DNA of 64,000 bases from an uncultured bacterium. GTDB lineage: Bacteria; Verrucomicrobiota; Verrucomicrobiia; Verrucomicrobiales; DEV007. Shown in pieces: positions 38,230-47,343 of the stretch; position 1 is the stretch's first letter; every line of letters begins with the position of its first letter. Below the pieces are notes generated by a model, which searched no databases, was not told the origin of the DNA, and was given only the letters and a program-made list of their open reading frames with translations. Both the position numbers and the translations under genes were made by a program. Location of the stretch: assembly GCA_963977015.1 (NCBI GenBank), contig CAXBMO010000003.1, forward strand, positions 160,001 to 224,000, given 5' to 3'.

Positions 38230-38877
38230 TTAGGTGCCCGTCGCCATTGCGCGGTCGATCAGGCGGGTAATTCGGGCTTGATAAGTATGAATGTTCCTCC
38301 AGTTCACTTCATCGTCGAAATGTGCATCCCAGCTGCCTGCATCGGTGGATTCTTCATCAATGAATGAAGAGAGGATCTCCACGATCACCAGTTGTAGCTC
38401 ATCCTGGTCCTTATCCGTCGCATCAAAGGTTGAATATGACGTGCCTCCCATTCGCTTTGGAAGTTGCGTCGGGGCCGAGCCGAAACCGGAACCTCCACCG
38501 CCGGGCTGCTCGGTCTTCGAGCTTCTCGGGACAATGATCCGGGCCACGTAATTCATCGTGTAACGGTCAGGATCGTCCTTGATCAGCTCTGAAATGTCGA
38601 TTCCCTGATCGTCGAAGAAGCGGATTCGGTTTTCGTTGCTGTTGTACTCAAATCTCTTATCCCAATCGGTTAGCGATATCTCCGATATAATTTGCTGGTG
38701 AATTCGGGCTTCGATTGCGAGATCACCAGCTCTTTTCAAAGTCCGGATGCCCTGTGGGAGCATGCCCATTAACGCAACCAATGCAATCGATGCGATTCCG
38801 ACGGCCAGCGTCACCTCGATCAGTGTAAAAGCTTCTCGAAGCCCTTTTTTTCGCTTAAATGTCGAACGTTTATTCAT
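38230..38877 (-). CDS. Verru_Chthon cassette protein B (pilin-like)
   Basis: 'EA|FTLIEVTLAVGI..LMGMLPQG' and 'FFDDQG'. Confidence 0.85.
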   Translation of the reverse strand: MNKRSTFKRKKGLREAFTLIEVTLAVGIASIALVALMGMLPQGIRTLKRAGDLAIEARIHQQIISEISLTDWDKRFEYNSNENRIRFFDDQGIDISELIKDDPDRYTMNYVARIIVPRSSKTEQPGGGGSGFGSAPTQLPKRMGGTSYSTFDATDKDQDELQLVIVEILSSFIDEESTDAGSWDAHFDDEVNWRNIHTYQARITRLIDRAMATGT

Positions 38878-39015
38878 GGAATGGAAAGAGAATTGTCACT
38901 AACGGGCATGCGAGAAGCGTGGCCTCTCAATGAATATACTTTGTATGCTGTTGCATTTACAAAGACAATACAAGCCCAAAAATAGCTCCCCTGAAGAAAA
39001 TTCTTCCTGAGGTGG

Positions 39016-40071
39016 TTACGCTTCGGAAAGTCTTTCCTCCAAGCGATCAAACTTCTTCGAGCGGTTGGCGTAGCTTGGATAACGCTCGCCACCTTCCTTT
39101 GGTCGAAAGCGAAAATGCTTGTACATCCAAAGGTAGTGCTCCGGGCGTTGGTTAATAATCCGTTCCACGGAATCCCAACATTGCTGCGCGATTTCCTGTT
39201 CCGATTGCTCCGGTTTGAAGCGAATCATTTTTTCCGACATCGCGAAATAGGAGCCATCCCGCATGGGCATACAAGCCCCGGTCATGACAGGAAGGCCGGT
39301 CCGCTTGCTCAAAAACGCCCCCAGGACGGTGACGCTGACCTTCATTCCGAACATCTTGATAATCGTCGCAGTATCGCCCGGCGGGACGGTAAGGTCGGGC
39401 AAAAATGCCGAAATCCCCCCTTTCTTCAAGACTCGTAACAGCTTCAGCATGGCCCTTTCCTGAGGGATCAATTGATGCCCCAAAAACTCCCGATTCTTTT
39501 TGAAGATGCCGGTCAGCCTCGGATTTTTGAAATCCTGGGCGATCGCCGTGTATTGGAGCCCATGCAGTCCCAGTCCGGCGGCCATCCACTCAAAATTTCC
39601 ATAGTGAGGAGTCATTAGGATGCCGCCGGTTTTGGAGAGTTCCCGAACCTCATCCAAGGTTGGATAAGTAATCAATTGCGCCCCGATCTCCGAATTCAGC
39701 CGCCTTGTCCAAAACTGATCGAGATAGGTCTGGGCCCAGCTCCGGTAACATTTCAGAACGATCTGTTCGATCTCATCCTCAGTCCATCGTCCGGGAAACG
39801 CCGCTTCCAGATTCTCAAAAGCAGTTCGACGACCGTCCCGATGGACATAGAACCCGAGCAGGCCAAGCCCGGAGGCAATTTTCCGGAGAATCCAGCGAGG
39901 GGTCAATGGGATCAGCCAAAACGTTGTCGCCAGAGCCAGCCATTCAAAAAAATAACGGATTCTTTTCGCGAGGCTGGGCATAGGTGGGGAATTCATAGCC
40001 ATATTTTGGAAACGGACCACCAGAAACTGCTTCGACGAGGGAGGCTTGGTGGTCCAAATGGGCTCTTCCAA
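39016..40071 (-). CDS. Lipid A late acyltransferase (LpxL/HtrB family)
   Basis: 'NLEAAFP', 'PHYGNFE', 'FLPD', 'PEHYLWMYKHFR'. The true start is probably near 40002. Confidence 0.85.
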   Translation of the reverse strand: MEEPIWTTKPPSSKQFLVVRFQNMAMNSPPMPSLAKRIRYFFEWLALATTFWLIPLTPRWILRKIASGLGLLGFYVHRDGRRTAFENLEAAFPGRWTEDEIEQIVLKCYRSWAQTYLDQFWTRRLNSEIGAQLITYPTLDEVRELSKTGGILMTPHYGNFEWMAAGLGLHGLQYTAIAQDFKNPRLTGIFKKNREFLGHQLIPQERAMLKLLRVLKKGGISAFLPDLTVPPGDTATIIKMFGMKVSVTVLGAFLSKRTGLPVMTGACMPMRDGSYFAMSEKMIRFKPEQSEQEIAQQCWDSVERIINQRPEHYLWMYKHFRFRPKEGGERYPSYANRSKKFDRLEERLSEA

Positions 40072-40224
40072 CCCCCGCCATCATAAAAATGGAGGGAGGT
40101 TCTCAACGGGTAATTCTTAGTCGGTGAAAGAATGTAACGCGAAAGTGTATTTTTCGTTTGTCATCACGACTCGCTTGGTTAAGTCTACTGCCCCTCGCTG
40201 AGCAAGGATTTGCTCGGTAAGGAT

Positions 40225-40297
<73 letters not shown>

Positions 40298-40324
40298 CTT
40301 TTCGTTTTCCGATTTCAACGGGCT

Positions 40325-41638
40325 CTACACGGGGTATTCCCAGTCGCCGCGATACTCCCGCCGGAGCAGGGCGCTCGCTTCAGTATCCCCGGGGATTTCT
40401 TCTTTTTCTCCGTCCCATTCGATGCTCCGGCCCAGTTTCCAACTGAGCATCCCCAAGAGGCTCAGGTTCGTGGAAAGGTGGCCGATCTCCACGTCGGCAA
40501 CGGGTTTTGAGCCAGTCTCAATCGCATCCAGGAAATCGCGCCACAAGGGTGGCACGTTGTGTCCGTCTTTTTCGTTGTCGAACACCGGAGCTTCGTGAAT
40601 CTCAGTTTCCCCTTTTTTTGCCGGGTAAAAGGTCCAGCCATCGCGCCATCCCATATGGAACGTGCCCTTGCTTCCATAGAAATAGCAGCCGTAGCGAGAC
40701 TTTTCGCTTCCGCTCCCGGCAAATCGGCGGTGTTCCCAAGTTGCCGTAAAGTTCTCAAACTCGTAGGTGGCGACCTGATGGTCTGGGGCATCTGTCGTTT
40801 GCTCCGTCTCCGACAGGATTGCCGGGCCCATAATTGGGCGCCCGCCTGCCGAGAAGACTCGCTTTGGCCATTTCTCCTCGCTCCACCACAGCAGTTGATC
40901 CAGCCAGTGCACTCCCCAATCCCCGAGTGTGCCGTTGGCAAAATCCAGATAATTTCGAAATCGCCCAGGGTGAATGTTGTTGCAGTAGGGCCGGAGTGGA
41001 GCCGGGCCGCAATACAGATCCCAATCGAGATTTTTTGGCGGTTCACTGTTCGGAGTCGGCGTTTCCTTCCCTCCTCCACCCGTCACAAACATCTTCACCA
41101 TTCCAATGTCTCCCACCCTACCGCTCTTGAGGAACTCCATTCCGCTCACGTGGTGGGGACCGATGCGTCGATGCAACCCCACCTGAACCACTCGATCCGC
41201 TTCTCGTGCCGCATTCACCATGGCCCGGCTTTCTTTAACGGTGTGCCCCGTCGGCTTTTCCACAAACACATGTGCGCCCGCCTCAACCGCGGCGATGGTT
41301 TGCAGTGCATGCCAATGATCCGGCGTCGCGATAATCGCGATTTCGACCTTTTCATTTTCGAGCAACTCTCGATAATCAGTGTAGATGGCTGGGGTTTTCC
41401 CGGTTAGATCTCCAATCTCTTCCGCGCCAATTTCGAGACGGTCCGAGTCCACGTCACAGAGGGCGACCACTTCCGACTTTCCGGCGGCGATGGCTTCCTG
41501 AAGAATATTCATTCCCCACCACCCGGATCCAATCAGGGCAGTCCGGTATTTCTTGTCGTTTTTGGAATCGGCGTGGATAAACGGAGCGGAAGCTACCGAG
41601 CCGGCAGCTGTGGCGAGAAAAGAGCGGCGTGGGGTCAT
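40325..41638 (-). CDS. Gfo/Idh/MocA oxidoreductase (Tat-exported)
   Basis: 'PRRSFL' Tat motif; 'LIGSGWWG', 'ATPDHWH', 'VEKP', 'DWGVH'. Confidence 0.92.
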   Translation of the reverse strand: MTPRRSFLATAAGSVASAPFIHADSKNDKKYRTALIGSGWWGMNILQEAIAAGKSEVVALCDVDSDRLEIGAEEIGDLTGKTPAIYTDYRELLENEKVEIAIIATPDHWHALQTIAAVEAGAHVFVEKPTGHTVKESRAMVNAAREADRVVQVGLHRRIGPHHVSGMEFLKSGRVGDIGMVKMFVTGGGGKETPTPNSEPPKNLDWDLYCGPAPLRPYCNNIHPGRFRNYLDFANGTLGDWGVHWLDQLLWWSEEKWPKRVFSAGGRPIMGPAILSETEQTTDAPDHQVATYEFENFTATWEHRRFAGSGSEKSRYGCYFYGSKGTFHMGWRDGWTFYPAKKGETEIHEAPVFDNEKDGHNVPPLWRDFLDAIETGSKPVADVEIGHLSTNLSLLGMLSWKLGRSIEWDGEKEEIPGDTEASALLRREYRGDWEYPV

Positions 41639-41642
41639 TGGC

Positions 41643-41683
41643 GTAAGTCTGAAGTTTTCAGTTTCAAGTTGCAAGTTCCAGTT
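41643..41683. repeat. Imperfect heptamer tandem repeat (nnnAGTT, about 6 units)
   Basis: gtaagtc tgaagtt ttcagtt tcaagtt gcaagtt ccagtt. Confidence 0.6.
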
Positions 41684-41698
41684 GGATTCTGGACCGGA

Positions 41699-42388
41699 AT
41701 GCGCATTTCGGAGATTTTCTACTCAATTCAAGGTGAAGGACAACTCATCGGGGTCCCTTCGATTTTTATCAGGACTTCAGGATGCAATCTCCGATGTGCG
41801 TGGTGCGACACCATGTACTCATCGTGGTCGCCGGAAGGGAAAACCTGCTCGATTCCGACAATTCTCGATCAAATTAGCGACTTCCCCACCCACCATGTGG
41901 TATTGACAGGTGGCGAGCCCATGATCGCGAAGGGGATTCATCAACTGGCGAAGGATCTCCGCGACAAGGGTTATCACATCACCATTGAAACTGCGGGAAC
42001 CATCGCGCCGGAAGGCATCGCCTGCGATCTGGCGTCAATCAGTCCTAAACTGAGCCACTCGACTCCAACTGCGGACCAAATCGATCCATCGTGGGTCAAG
42101 AAACACGACGAGCGCCGCCTTCAGCCAATGATTCTGCGTTCCTGGATTGAACAGGGAGACTATCAGCTCAAGTTCGTGACCGATGGGGATGATTTGGTGG
42201 AGATTGGTGACCTTCTCTCTCAGCTTGGAGAGATTCCTGCTGAAAAAGTTCTCTTGATGCCAGAGGGAATCACTCCCGAGCAGCTGCAAAGCCGGATTCC
42301 AGGCGTCATCGCGGCGTGCAAGGAGCGTGGATTCCGTTTTTGTCCGCGACTTCACATTGATCTCTTCGGGAACACGCCCGGTACGTGA
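41699..42388 (+). CDS. queE: 7-carboxy-7-deazaguanine synthase (radical SAM)
   Basis: 'ISEIFYSIQGEG', 'FIRTSGCNLRCAWCDT', 'TGGEP', 'ISPKL', 'RLH'. Confidence 0.95.
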   Translation: MRISEIFYSIQGEGQLIGVPSIFIRTSGCNLRCAWCDTMYSSWSPEGKTCSIPTILDQISDFPTHHVVLTGGEPMIAKGIHQLAKDLRDKGYHITIETAGTIAPEGIACDLASISPKLSHSTPTADQIDPSWVKKHDERRLQPMILRSWIEQGDYQLKFVTDGDDLVEIGDLLSQLGEIPAEKVLLMPEGITPEQLQSRIPGVIAACKERGFRFCPRLHIDLFGNTPGT

Positions 42389-42484
42389 CGAGACGGTAGA
42401 ACCATGCGATAATTGATGATATTGCGGAATCCCTTCGTCCAAACCCGCACAACTCAAGACACTTCACGTCAACTGCGTTTAACT

Positions 42485-44029
42485 ATGCCCCCAAAGAGCT
42501 GCTCCTACAGCATCCTGATTCTCTTCCTTTCGATTCCTGCGTCATTCGCCCAGGCCGCCGATTCCTCACCCGGAGTGCTCTCTGAACTTGAGATCAAGCC
42601 CGTTCTGATCTGGATCGTGTCGGCGATCGCCCTGATCTTGTCGATCGCAGCGTTTTTTGTGCCGCCCGCTCGTCGGGCCATGGTCAGCACCATTGTTTTG
42701 GCCACGTTGGCTGGAGTCGGAATCTGGAAAAATTGGCACGTCGGGGTCTTCGACCTGCTTTCCGGAGCGGCGACGCTCTCGGCCAATGCCGACGTCATCA
42801 AGGGACTGATTCTCGCCGGTGCTATGATTCTGGCGATTTTGTTCCTGCTCACCGCCTATCTGTTGGTCTTAACGTGGGGGCGAGGTGGATACGTATTGAT
42901 GGGGGTTGTTTCGATTTTCGGGGTGTGGGGGATCCTTGCGCATACCGAAATTCTTCCCAACACGATGATCTGGGAGGCGCTTCCCAACCAGATGGGCAGC
43001 GTCGGATTTCTACTCTCGGTTGGTTCCACTCTTGGTTTCGTATTGAGCGGGTTGGTGATTGCCTTTGGCGGTGGTGGAAAGAGTGGTAAGACGAGCGACG
43101 GCGATGAGAAGTCGACCGAAACGGAGCCCGAAGTCGCGAAAGCACCGGAACCGCCCGCTTCAAAGCCACTCCCGAAAGAGGTTCCCGCTCCTTCGTTCGC
43201 CGCGAACGAGATTCCCAAGCCCATCCCGGCGTCACCGTCTCCAACTGCCATTCCCGCTCCCGGTGTGAAGCCTGTCTCGGTCGCCACGCCAGCTCCAACG
43301 CCCCCGAAAACGGTTGAGCAGCCTCCAAAACCCGCCGCGATCCCGGCACCAACGACTCCACGGCCGTTGTCTCCCCAGAAGCCTGCGGCAGTTCCAGCAC
43401 CAGCCGTTGCGGCGAAAGTCTCCGAGCCTCCGAAGACGAGCGTTTCCACACCGATTTCAAAGCCGACTCCGGTGCCCCAACCTGCGGCCACTCCCAAGCC
43501 TGGATTCGGCGTGGTCTCGGCCAAGCCTGTTCTCGCTGTTTCTCCGGGCCTGAATTCATCCACTGTAGAACCTCGAAAAACTCCATTGAAGGTCGAGACT
43601 TCTACGGAAGTGAAGCGCGCGGAGCAGGTTGCTTTGCCGGCACCGGCTCCACCGAAACCGTCAGTTCCTGTTTCCGTCTTACCGAAGGCGCCACAAAAGC
43701 CAGCTCAACCGCCAGAAGCGGCTGAAGCAGCACCGAAAGTGTCGACACCGCCGTCGCGACCGGTCCTGAGCAATCAAACTCACGAGAACATCGATCACCT
43801 GCGCAAACACCAGCAAGACCGAATTCGCTCAAAGACCGCTGGCAAGGGACTCCCCACCATTAGTCCTGCGGAACTCAAGGCCGGTGTCTCCAAGCCCTCT
43901 GTGACCGTCACCGCGAAAGCGAAATCCAATTCCGAAGTAGCTCCAGAATTGGAGCGTTCGACCAACGTAAACTCAGGCCAGGAGAGCATCTCCTGGAAAA
44001 TGAAGAACGGTGTCTGGTCCCGCGGCTAG
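42485..44029 (+). CDS. Membrane protein with long Pro/Ala/Lys-rich C-terminal tail
   Basis: Signal-like segment plus about 5 TM helices, then about 300 aa of low-complexity PAK-rich sequence. Confidence 0.7.
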   Translation: MPPKSCSYSILILFLSIPASFAQAADSSPGVLSELEIKPVLIWIVSAIALILSIAAFFVPPARRAMVSTIVLATLAGVGIWKNWHVGVFDLLSGAATLSANADVIKGLILAGAMILAILFLLTAYLLVLTWGRGGYVLMGVVSIFGVWGILAHTEILPNTMIWEALPNQMGSVGFLLSVGSTLGFVLSGLVIAFGGGGKSGKTSDGDEKSTETEPEVAKAPEPPASKPLPKEVPAPSFAANEIPKPIPASPSPTAIPAPGVKPVSVATPAPTPPKTVEQPPKPAAIPAPTTPRPLSPQKPAAVPAPAVAAKVSEPPKTSVSTPISKPTPVPQPAATPKPGFGVVSAKPVLAVSPGLNSSTVEPRKTPLKVETSTEVKRAEQVALPAPAPPKPSVPVSVLPKAPQKPAQPPEAAEAAPKVSTPPSRPVLSNQTHENIDHLRKHQQDRIRSKTAGKGLPTISPAELKAGVSKPSVTVTAKAKSNSEVAPELERSTNVNSGQESISWKMKNGVWSRG

Positions 44030-44448
44030 GCCTGGGAGACCACAACGGTGAGCTGAGGCTCTTTGGACCAAGGGCCTTCGACGCTCGTTGAGGCGGAGAG
44101 ATTGCCCGACGTGCGGATATCGTGATCAAAAATCCCGTTCGAGCGCCAACGCCAAACTACGGAGAGATACCCGAGATCAGAGATGAATTCGGTCTTCCCA
44201 ATCGCGGTTTTCCCGATTGGGGCTCCAACCATGCTCCATTCGGACTTGGCAGCCGGGCCGGTGATAACACCCTTTTCCGGAGGTTGTGGGCTGGCGGGCA
44301 AAGGCGACCATGGCCCCTGCGTGACAAGAGACTTCACCACCCTGAAGTCCTGATTGGTGTCATTCTGAAGCTGAACCTTCACTTTTCTTGCTTCGGCGGA
44401 AGCAGGAGCGGCGGGAGAAGATGGCTTGGCTTCTTTCTGATCTAGCAT
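44026..44448 (-). CDS. Small beta-rich protein, possibly aegerolysin/Cry34-like
   Basis: TATAGT 6 nt before the ATG supports a real gene. 'ARKVKVQLQNDTNQDFRVV..GPW..P' resembles aegerolysin N-termini. The fold call is tentative. Confidence 0.55.
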   Translation of the reverse strand: MLDQKEAKPSSPAAPASAEARKVKVQLQNDTNQDFRVVKSLVTQGPWSPLPASPQPPEKGVITGPAAKSEWSMVGAPIGKTAIGKTEFISDLGYLSVVWRWRSNGIFDHDIRTSGNLSASTSVEGPWSKEPQLTVVVSQA

Positions 44449-44580
44449 AGGCCGACTATATCAGCCAGGATGGCTAATGCTCAACCAGCAACTTTGCCTT
44501 CTTGCAAAAAAGATTCGCTGATTTGCAATCCTTCTCGCCTTGAAAGCCATAAGTCGCTCCTGGTGTGGGAGCAATGACGC

Positions 44581-46551
44581 TTAGATTACCCGATCGTTGC
44601 CGCCATCCACCGGGATTTGCGCCCCTGTAGTTCGGGCGAACAGCGGTCCGGCCATTGCGGAGACCATCGCTCCAACTTCCCGGCTTTTGATCTCCGTTTT
44701 CATGAGGTTGCGACGCTTGTATTCCTCGACGGTTAACCCGTAGCGCTCGGCAGATCGCGCAAGCTTCTCAGGTGTCCAAAGCTTCGTGTCGAACACGGCA
44801 TCCGGATGAATGATGTTACAACGAACCCCTTCGGGTCCCAGTTCCAAAGCAGCGACGCGACAAAGCTGCGTCAGCGCAGCTTTTGCGCAGGAATAGCTGG
44901 CGGCGCCCGGTCCGGGAGCCATCACGTTTCGTGATCCCACAATGACAATCGCACCGTCGATCCCCTGCTTCAGGTAAGGAATCGTGTATTTCAAAAGTTT
45001 CTGATGGCTCGTAAGGTTCACGGCCATCGATTTTTCCCAATTCTCTTGTTCCAACGCGTCCAGATATTGACCGGCGGTAAAAATGCCGGCGTTGCTCACC
45101 ACGATATCGATTCCGCCGAATCGCCGAACCGTCTCTTCAATGGCGGCGACGACTTGCTGATCATCCGTCAGGTTCACGACTTTGCCGATTCCTCCCAATC
45201 TGGCCATTCCTTCCTCGATTTCCGGGTTCAAGTCGAGGCCGACCACCTTTGCGCCGGCCTCAGCCAGGGCTTCGGCGCAAGCGTAGCCGATCCCGGCCGC
45301 TGATCCGGTCACCAAGGCAACCTTGCCCTGATGGGTTGGAGCGGAACCACCCTTCTTCAGTTTCGCCTGCTCAAGATCCCAATATTCGACATCAAAAATT
45401 TCTTTCTCGCCAAGCGCTTCCCAGCCTCCTGTCGCTTCGCCCAACTGCACCGTTTCCCACGTGGCTTCCGCGATATCCCGAATAATCCCGGCTTCTTTCT
45501 CGGTCGCCCCAAAGGCAATCACGCCATTGTTCTTCCAGATCGCGAACCTCGGGGAAGGGTCCAACATGGTTTCACCGTCCTGGTTCCGGTCAAAATACTC
45601 TATGTAGGCCTCGGCAAACGCGTTCAAGTCGTTCTCGATGTCGTCGCCGATCACTGCCGGAATTCGCTTGGTCCGAATGCTGTGATCCGGTGTGAGCGGG
45701 CCGCGCGTTCCAATCTCAGCAACGTCATCACGCGATGCGTAACCAGCTGCGGATTCGCCGGAGTCAAGCTTCGCAATCACCGGCACTCCCCGCCGCTTTG
45801 ATACGCCCTTGCGAATTTCGGCAAGTTTCAGAAGATCAGAGTCCGCTTTGGCGGTCGCCAAGGGATTTGGCCCAGCCAATTCCGCCAGAAAGGATTCAGC
45901 CTTGGAAACCAGCTTGATCATCAATTCATAGCTCTTGCGGGCATCATCATCGAAGGTGAAAATGCCGTGGTTCATGAGGATCAGCCCCTGAACGCCTTCG
46001 GAAGCCAAATCGCGATCGCGAATCAAATCATAGACGGTCTTCGCCAAGTCGAACCCAGGCATGACGTAAGGAACGATGATCACGGATTCACCGAAGACCT
46101 TCTTTACGCGATCTTCGCCGTCTTTGTGATTGGTTAACGCGACGATCGCGTTCGAATGGGTGTGGTCGACGAATTTGAAGGGAATCACCGCGTGAAGAAT
46201 CGCTTCGATCGAAGGATTGGGAGCTTCCGGATCAAGCATGGCCGAGCGCTGCTGCCGAACCATCTCGGCATCATCCAATGCATCCAGTTTGGCCATCTTC
46301 AGAAGTGCCTCCATCTTGACGGGGGCGAACCCGGCTGCCTCGATTGTCCCTAAATCCCAACCGCTGCCCTTCACGTAAAGCACGTCCACTTCATCTCCGA
46401 AGAAATCCGTTTCCGTCACTTTTACCGAGGTATTCCCCCCACCATGGAGGACCAAGGCTTCGTTGCGACCAAGCAGGCGGGAGGTGTAAACCCGCTTGTC
46501 GAGATCAGTCTTGTAATCAGTTGCTTCAGAGTCGGACCAGAGAGATTCCAT
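44581..46551 (-). CDS. Bifunctional class II aldolase/short-chain dehydrogenase (RhaEW/YuxG-like)
   Basis: 'LVLHGGGNTSVK', 'VKGSGWDL', 'PSIE', 'VDHTH', 'NHGIF'; SDR motifs 'TGSAAGIG' and 'YSCAK'. Confidence 0.9.
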   Translation of the reverse strand: MESLWSDSEATDYKTDLDKRVYTSRLLGRNEALVLHGGGNTSVKVTETDFFGDEVDVLYVKGSGWDLGTIEAAGFAPVKMEALLKMAKLDALDDAEMVRQQRSAMLDPEAPNPSIEAILHAVIPFKFVDHTHSNAIVALTNHKDGEDRVKKVFGESVIIVPYVMPGFDLAKTVYDLIRDRDLASEGVQGLILMNHGIFTFDDDARKSYELMIKLVSKAESFLAELAGPNPLATAKADSDLLKLAEIRKGVSKRRGVPVIAKLDSGESAAGYASRDDVAEIGTRGPLTPDHSIRTKRIPAVIGDDIENDLNAFAEAYIEYFDRNQDGETMLDPSPRFAIWKNNGVIAFGATEKEAGIIRDIAEATWETVQLGEATGGWEALGEKEIFDVEYWDLEQAKLKKGGSAPTHQGKVALVTGSAAGIGYACAEALAEAGAKVVGLDLNPEIEEGMARLGGIGKVVNLTDDQQVVAAIEETVRRFGGIDIVVSNAGIFTAGQYLDALEQENWEKSMAVNLTSHQKLLKYTIPYLKQGIDGAIVIVGSRNVMAPGPGAASYSCAKAALTQLCRVAALELGPEGVRCNIIHPDAVFDTKLWTPEKLARSAERYGLTVEEYKRRNLMKTEIKSREVGAMVSAMAGPLFARTTGAQIPVDGGNDRVI

Positions 46552-46646
46552 AGGCCGATGATGTTTGGCCATTTGATGCTGATTGGCCAGCGAAATTTGC
46601 GTTCGTTGTCGCTGCCAGGATCGGTCAAAAAGGGTTTAACCGCACG

Positions 46647-47330
46647 CTAGGGCTTGGAAATCGCCGTTCCACGAATCGGCTCGAGCGGATCAGTGTCCAT
46701 CTGACCGGGGATCGGCATCAGGTAGCTGCGCACGCCTTTCCACTTGAATTCGTTGATTCGCTTCATCAAAAATGAGGCGGGAGGTTCCCGAAATACGTAG
46801 GGTTGATATTGCTTCAGCGCTTCGATATCCAGAGATTGGAGCCATAGGCGGGCCGCCCGGTAATCCTTCCCCTGGTAGGTGACTTTCACGAGGAATCGGT
46901 CCTCGAAGAGGACTCGCACCGTCTCGTTGACGCCATCCAACTCATCAATCAGGATCGCCGGATTGGAGCGCCAATGCCCCGGGCGCAGTTCTTCGCTGCG
47001 AAGATCTTCCTTCTTCAGCTTAAACATCGCCGTCAACGTTGGATCGTTGCATGTATCGCGAATCTCAACCCGCACTCTGGTTGGTTCAACGCCCTCGAGA
47101 CCAGTCTTGAGCGCCTCGGCAAACACCCGGATCGCCTTGGAGGTAACGATTCCGCTGTATTCGTGCGCAGCTTCCGAGCGCTCCAGTTCCCAGCCTTTTG
47201 GAGCTGATGGCAAAACATCGAGAAGCACCTGGGGCTCCGCCGGCAAATGTCGAATCACTTGCGGCTCCGGGAGCGCGAACGCGGACGAGAACCCGAGGAA
47301 GGAAAAAAGGAACCAGAATACAATTCGCAT
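46647..47330 (-). CDS. Hypothetical exported protein
   Basis: Signal peptide 'SSAFA|'; 13 nt downstream of the cassette A-like gene. Confidence 0.7.
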   Translation of the reverse strand: MRIVFWFLFSFLGFSSAFALPEPQVIRHLPAEPQVLLDVLPSAPKGWELERSEAAHEYSGIVTSKAIRVFAEALKTGLEGVEPTRVRVEIRDTCNDPTLTAMFKLKKEDLRSEELRPGHWRSNPAILIDELDGVNETVRVLFEDRFLVKVTYQGKDYRAARLWLQSLDIEALKQYQPYVFREPPASFLMKRINEFKWKGVRSYLMPIPGQMDTDPLEPIRGTAISKP

Positions 47331-47343
47331 GGCGTGGGTTGGT

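Noticed and set aside
41573-41698. N-terminal extension of QueE, or a preQ1 riboswitch
   Set aside because: QueE homology starts at ATG 41699; I see no preQ1 aptamer pattern, only the heptamer repeat.
40298-44580. Island integrated at tRNA-Phe
   Set aside because: No integrase, no repeated tRNA 3' end noticed, and the flanking genes are ordinary.
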